19,882 nucleotides of DNA, from assembly GCA_049472335.1 (NCBI GenBank), contig JBLIRO010000083.1, positions 1-19,882 on the forward strand, in the 5' to 3' direction. The notes beneath the pieces are model-generated. The model had not been told where the DNA came from and ran no database searches. It saw only the letters and a list, made by a program, of their open reading frames with translations. How positions within the stretch are numbered: position 1 is the first letter of the stretch; every line of letters begins with the position of its first letter. The position numbers and the translations under genes were made by a program. This document shows, piece by piece, positions 16,268 to 19,882 of this stretch. This DNA is from a bacterium. GTDB taxonomy: Bacteria > SZUA-182 > DTGQ01 > JAFGSM01.

Positions 16268-17731
16268 ATGAAGCTCAAAAAAAACATCTTTTTCTTAAAA
16301 ATTTTTATTTTTTTGGGAACCATAGTTCTAGCTTTCGGGAGCCTTTCAGTCACCCTTGGAAGTAATGTCTTGGATGAGAAACTAATCCCAAAAGCTACTG
16401 GAAATGACGAAATAGTCTATGGAATGAGTTTACCTGCAGGTTGGAGCATGATTTCTCTGCCGGTAATGCCAAATAATGTTACCGTATCCTCAGTGTTTCC
16501 TGAAGCTGTGGTTCTATATGGTTACAAAAGGGGATCAGGCTACATCAGAATCAAAAAAGATGAAGATTTAAAAATAGGTATAGGTTATTGGATATTTTTA
16601 GACGAAGAAAAAACCTATTCATTGACCGGTCAATTCATCACGGGATATGAACTGCTTATCCCTGATGATGGATGGTATATGATCGGCGGATGTACATATC
16701 CTTCTCAGGCTATTTCAGATAAGGGCACTATCGTCGTCATTTACGGATATGATCAGGGAATCGGATATAAAAGGATAACCGATCAGGAAAGATTAAGGGC
16801 AGGCGCGGGTTTTTGGATTTCTCTTTCCGGAGTTTCAAGGCTAAATGCAGTAATAACTACTTCCACCATTGAATGGACTTTACATAAGACCATTGACAAT
16901 GCCCATCCCGATGAAAACGAACAGCAAATGGTCTGGTTAATGAACAAGGCAAGGTCCGATCCTCCCGGGGAAGGGATATGGCTTACTACAACAAATCACC
17001 CTGATATAGCCTTTGCCCGCAGTTTTTTTAAAGTGGATGTGAATCTTCTGGAAAATGAATTTACGGCTTATTCCGCAAAACCTCCCACGGCATTCGATGT
17101 AAGGTTATATCTTGCCGCAAGGGAACATTCGGAAGACCTTATAAGAAGGGACGCTCAGGATCATAATAATCAGTTCGATCTTATTACGAGCCAGGGATTC
17201 TCCTTTTCCAGCGCACGTGGCAATGTCTTTTCTTACAGCAAAAATTCATTGCATGCCCACGCGGCCTTCAATATTGACTGGTATTCAGGCTCCGTTGACG
17301 GTATGTTCCCCGGGCGCGAACACCGAAAGGCAATCATGTCTTTAGACAGGGAATATACCAATGTAGGAATTGCAATGATAAGTGATTCCGATCCCAATAC
17401 AAAGGCCGGTCCCTTGGTGACTAGCGGCAACTACTGTAAAGCGTTTGTCTCTGCTGAAAATCATTACAACCGTTTTCTGGTAGGAACTGTTTGGGAGGAT
17501 AAAAACGGAAATTTTATCTATGACCCCGGGGAAGGGATACCCGAAGTTATGGTTATACCAGATCATGGAACTTATCATGCCATTACGTGCAATAGTGGTG
17601 GATATGCCATACCTATTGTTTCACCGGGTATTTATCTAGTTACTTTTTCAGGACCCTTACTGAATGGAAAAACCTTTAGAACGGTTGAGATTGGAGACGA
17701 AAGTCTTCTGCTTGATCTGACAATTGAATAG
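16268..17731 (+). CDS. Secreted CAP (SCP/Tpx-1/Ag5/PR-1) domain protein with N-terminal GW..GYW tandem repeat and C-terminal SdrD-B/prealbumin-like domain
   Basis: Signal peptide, CAP motifs EQQMVWLMNKAR, LYLAAREHSEDL and HRKAIM...YTNVGI, and C-terminal GTVWEDKNGNFIYDPGEG...GGYAIP...PGIYLVTF. Confidence 0.85.
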   Translation: MKLKKNIFFLKIFIFLGTIVLAFGSLSVTLGSNVLDEKLIPKATGNDEIVYGMSLPAGWSMISLPVMPNNVTVSSVFPEAVVLYGYKRGSGYIRIKKDEDLKIGIGYWIFLDEEKTYSLTGQFITGYELLIPDDGWYMIGGCTYPSQAISDKGTIVVIYGYDQGIGYKRITDQERLRAGAGFWISLSGVSRLNAVITTSTIEWTLHKTIDNAHPDENEQQMVWLMNKARSDPPGEGIWLTTTNHPDIAFARSFFKVDVNLLENEFTAYSAKPPTAFDVRLYLAAREHSEDLIRRDAQDHNNQFDLITSQGFSFSSARGNVFSYSKNSLHAHAAFNIDWYSGSVDGMFPGREHRKAIMSLDREYTNVGIAMISDSDPNTKAGPLVTSGNYCKAFVSAENHYNRFLVGTVWEDKNGNFIYDPGEGIPEVMVIPDHGTYHAITCNSGGYAIPIVSPGIYLVTFSGPLLNGKTFRTVEIGDESLLLDLTIE

Positions 17732-17777
17732 GATAAAATCAACATTTGTTACCCTTTAATTATTGTCTATTTCGAAT

Positions 17778-18782
17778 TTATTTTGTTTGTATTGCTGTTT
17801 CAAATGCCTTTACAAGGTCCCAGCCGATCTTGTCCGCATATTTATTATATACTGAACTCGTTTCTCTACGAAATGTGAACCTCTGCATCAGAGAAGGCCG
17901 GCTGATCATCACCCCCTTTTCTTCCTCTAAAATTTTCAGGGCTTCTTCCAATCCGGATCTGGCCAGTTCTTTCTGATATGCCATAGCCTTCTGGGCGCAT
18001 ACCTTTATTAGATTCTGTTCCTGGGTTGTAAATGTATTCCAGACATCTTTATTGCAGCTTAAAACCAGTGCGTCGTAAGAATAATGCCATAACGTTAGAT
18101 ACTTATGATAATCAGCAATCTCATAGGGCATGATCACGCCAACAATAGGGTTTTCTTCCGCATCGACAACTCCTTTCCTGAAGGCCGTCAAAGCTTCTGC
18201 CCAAACCATTGCCACCGGATCGGCATTTAATGCCTTAAAAATATCAATATATATAGGCGAACAAACCCTTACTTTCATACCCTTGAGATCTTCCGGACTT
18301 GCGACATTTTTTAGTCTGTTTGTCAGCTCCCTGAAGCCATTTTCACCCCAACCCAAAACGATCAGATTGTGTTTTGAGAGAATCTCTTCTATCATTTTGC
18401 CGGGTGTCGAAGAAAGGGCTCTATCCACTGCTGAATAATCCGGAAAAAGAAACGGAAGGGAAAACACATTCAGCTCAGGGATAGTAGGAGTATAATTAAT
18501 AGTTGAGTTAAGCGAGAAATCAATCCCCCCTGATTTGATCAAACTTATCTCCCTCATCTGATCTCCTGCAGCAAGCACCATATTATAATAGGGTTTTATA
18601 CGAATCTTTCCCATAGATCTCTCGAATACAAGTTCAGCAAACATGGCGGCACCTTTTCCCCAGGGAGTATCTTCAGATACATTGACGCTTAATTTATATT
18701 CTTTTTTCTTCGCACATCCAAAACCCAATAAGCAGAAACAAAAAAAAGCTAGCCACACAAAAGCCTTTTGGTTAAATTTCAT
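17778..18782 (-). CDS. dctP: TRAP transporter substrate-binding protein (DctP family), probable lipoprotein
   Basis: FSLPFLF, WGENGFRELT, PEDLKGMKVRV (conserved carboxylate-binding Arg) and GVVDAEENP. The signal peptide ends in a lipobox-like LGFGC. Confidence 0.94.
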   Translation of the reverse strand: MKFNQKAFVWLAFFCFCLLGFGCAKKKEYKLSVNVSEDTPWGKGAAMFAELVFERSMGKIRIKPYYNMVLAAGDQMREISLIKSGGIDFSLNSTINYTPTIPELNVFSLPFLFPDYSAVDRALSSTPGKMIEEILSKHNLIVLGWGENGFRELTNRLKNVASPEDLKGMKVRVCSPIYIDIFKALNADPVAMVWAEALTAFRKGVVDAEENPIVGVIMPYEIADYHKYLTLWHYSYDALVLSCNKDVWNTFTTQEQNLIKVCAQKAMAYQKELARSGLEEALKILEEEKGVMISRPSLMQRFTFRRETSSVYNKYADKIGWDLVKAFETAIQTK

Positions 18783-18850
18783 TATAAAAATTCTCCTTAT
18801 ATTTCATTAAAAAAAATTGATAAGATCCTAAAAAGATCATCGAATCAGAA

Positions 18851-19342
18851 TTAGATTATTTTCTGCATCCAAATTACATCAAAATCCATTCCGAACTTTC
18901 TGCCGATATTTTGAAACCTTCCACATTCCTTGAAACCATTTTTCATGTGAAACCTTATACTTTTTTCATTTAAAGATGATATACAGGCCAAAAGTGAATC
19001 TATATTTAATTTCCTTGCATTATCATTAAAGCGTTCAAGGATGCTTTTCCCTATCCCCTTTCTGTTATATTCAGGCATTATAAAATAGCTGATTTCAGCA
19101 ACCCTTTTAAATGTCTCTATGGGGTGATACGCATGCAAAAAAGCAAAGCCGATGACATTGTTAATACCATCCTTAACAACAACTGAGGGATACCCTCTTG
19201 CCATATTTAAAATCTTATCAAAAAAATCATAATCGACCCTTATATCAGGAAAAGCCGCGAAGCTGTTCTCTATGAAATAATTGAAGATATCAATAACAGG
19301 CTTTCTGTATTTATCAGATAATTCTTCCATATAATATTTCAT
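18851..19342 (-). CDS. GNAT N-acetyltransferase, phosphinothricin/L-amino-acid acetyltransferase-like
   Basis: IFNYFIENS, acetyl-CoA motif RKGIGKSIL, NEKSIRFH.K.GF and GRKFG..FDVIWMQK. Confidence 0.92.
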   Translation of the reverse strand: MKYYMEELSDKYRKPVIDIFNYFIENSFAAFPDIRVDYDFFDKILNMARGYPSVVVKDGINNVIGFAFLHAYHPIETFKRVAEISYFIMPEYNRKGIGKSILERFNDNARKLNIDSLLACISSLNEKSIRFHMKNGFKECGRFQNIGRKFGMDFDVIWMQKII

Positions 19343-19384
19343 TGATCTTTTTCAAAAATATAATTTTTATGTTATTTGATTACT

Positions 19385-19709
19385 TATCAAACTGTTAAAT
19401 GATTTCTGCCAGACATTATTTTAAAAAGTCATATTTTAAAACAAATCATTAGCAAATTCAAAATGCGTTTTGAATTTTAATTAACTTTATTGATTTCTTT
19501 TTTTAAAAGCAAGTATATTAATCATAACACCTGGGTTTTCGATATAAGGAATTTTTTAGAATTTGTAAATCCTCAATATACGTGGGATTTGGAGGTGACA
19601 AAACCTGCACAGGAACTCCAATAAAATCAATAAGTTACAAGGGGCATTGATCCTTGTAAGTATTTGATTTTGTTGAAGTTATTGTTTATGCTTATTTATC
19701 AATCAGTTA
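19385..19709. promoter_or_regulatory. Cluster of four exact IHF-consensus sites (WATCAANNNNTTR)
   Basis: TATCAAACTGTTA 19385..19397 (+), AATCAATAAGTTA 19625..19637 (+), AATCAAATACTTA 19669..19657 (-) and TATCAATCAGTTA 19697..19709 (+). Confidence 0.6.
19614..19680. repeat. 29-bp imperfect inverted repeat (24/29) with 9-nt spacer
   Basis: AACTCCAATAAAATCAATAAGTTACAAGG (19614..19642) and CCTTGTAAGTATTTGATTTTGTTGAAGTT (19652..19680). Confidence 0.85.
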
Positions 19710-19882
19710 TGCCCAAACTTTCTATATCTTCATAATCTTAATAACACCCTGATCGAGTCTCATTGGATAAACAAGAGATCTATCTATTTATATTCTTAAA
19801 GTATTGTCTTTATTTTCCGCATAGCATCAGGGTGAAAAAACATAAAAATACAGTTAAATATTAATACCCGATATTTGGAATC

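Noticed and set aside
6033..18438. Remaining short ORF-track entries overlapping the helicase, AAA, prmA, rhomboid, TRAP and CAP genes
   Set aside because: All overlap longer genes with clear family motifs and have no independent support.
19760..19825. oriC-like signals (GATCTATCTATTT; TTTTCCGCA)
   Set aside because: Only degenerate, isolated DnaA-box-like matches, which is insufficient without the downstream sequence.

Overview
Bacterial chromosomal window with very AT-rich intergenic DNA. The left ~5.8 kb (minus strand) holds an uncharacterised secreted-protein locus. It is a tandemly duplicated two-gene cassette with a repeat period of exactly 3325 bp: a 130-aa Tyr/Pro-rich secreted protein followed by a ~773-aa secreted protein ending in two cadherin/He_PIG-like Ig domains. 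The downstream large-gene copy runs off the window start and is missing from the ORF track. A third Tyr/Asn-rich secreted protein gene lies upstream. Both cassette leaders carry a pair of Shine-Dalgarno-like motifs with no start codon, spaced exactly 81 nt apart. The rest is mostly recognisable: a UvrD/PcrA-family helicase, a MoxR-like AAA+ ATPase with a 608-aa partner, a PilZ protein, prmA, a rhomboid-TPR fusion, a TRAP transporter (dctPQM) split by an oppositely oriented CAP-domain gene, and a GNAT acetyltransferase. The final non-coding ~540 bp holds four exact IHF-consensus matches and a 29-bp inverted repeat. No rRNA, tRNA, CRISPR array, integrase or transposase was recognised. All counts are manual and no database searches were run.
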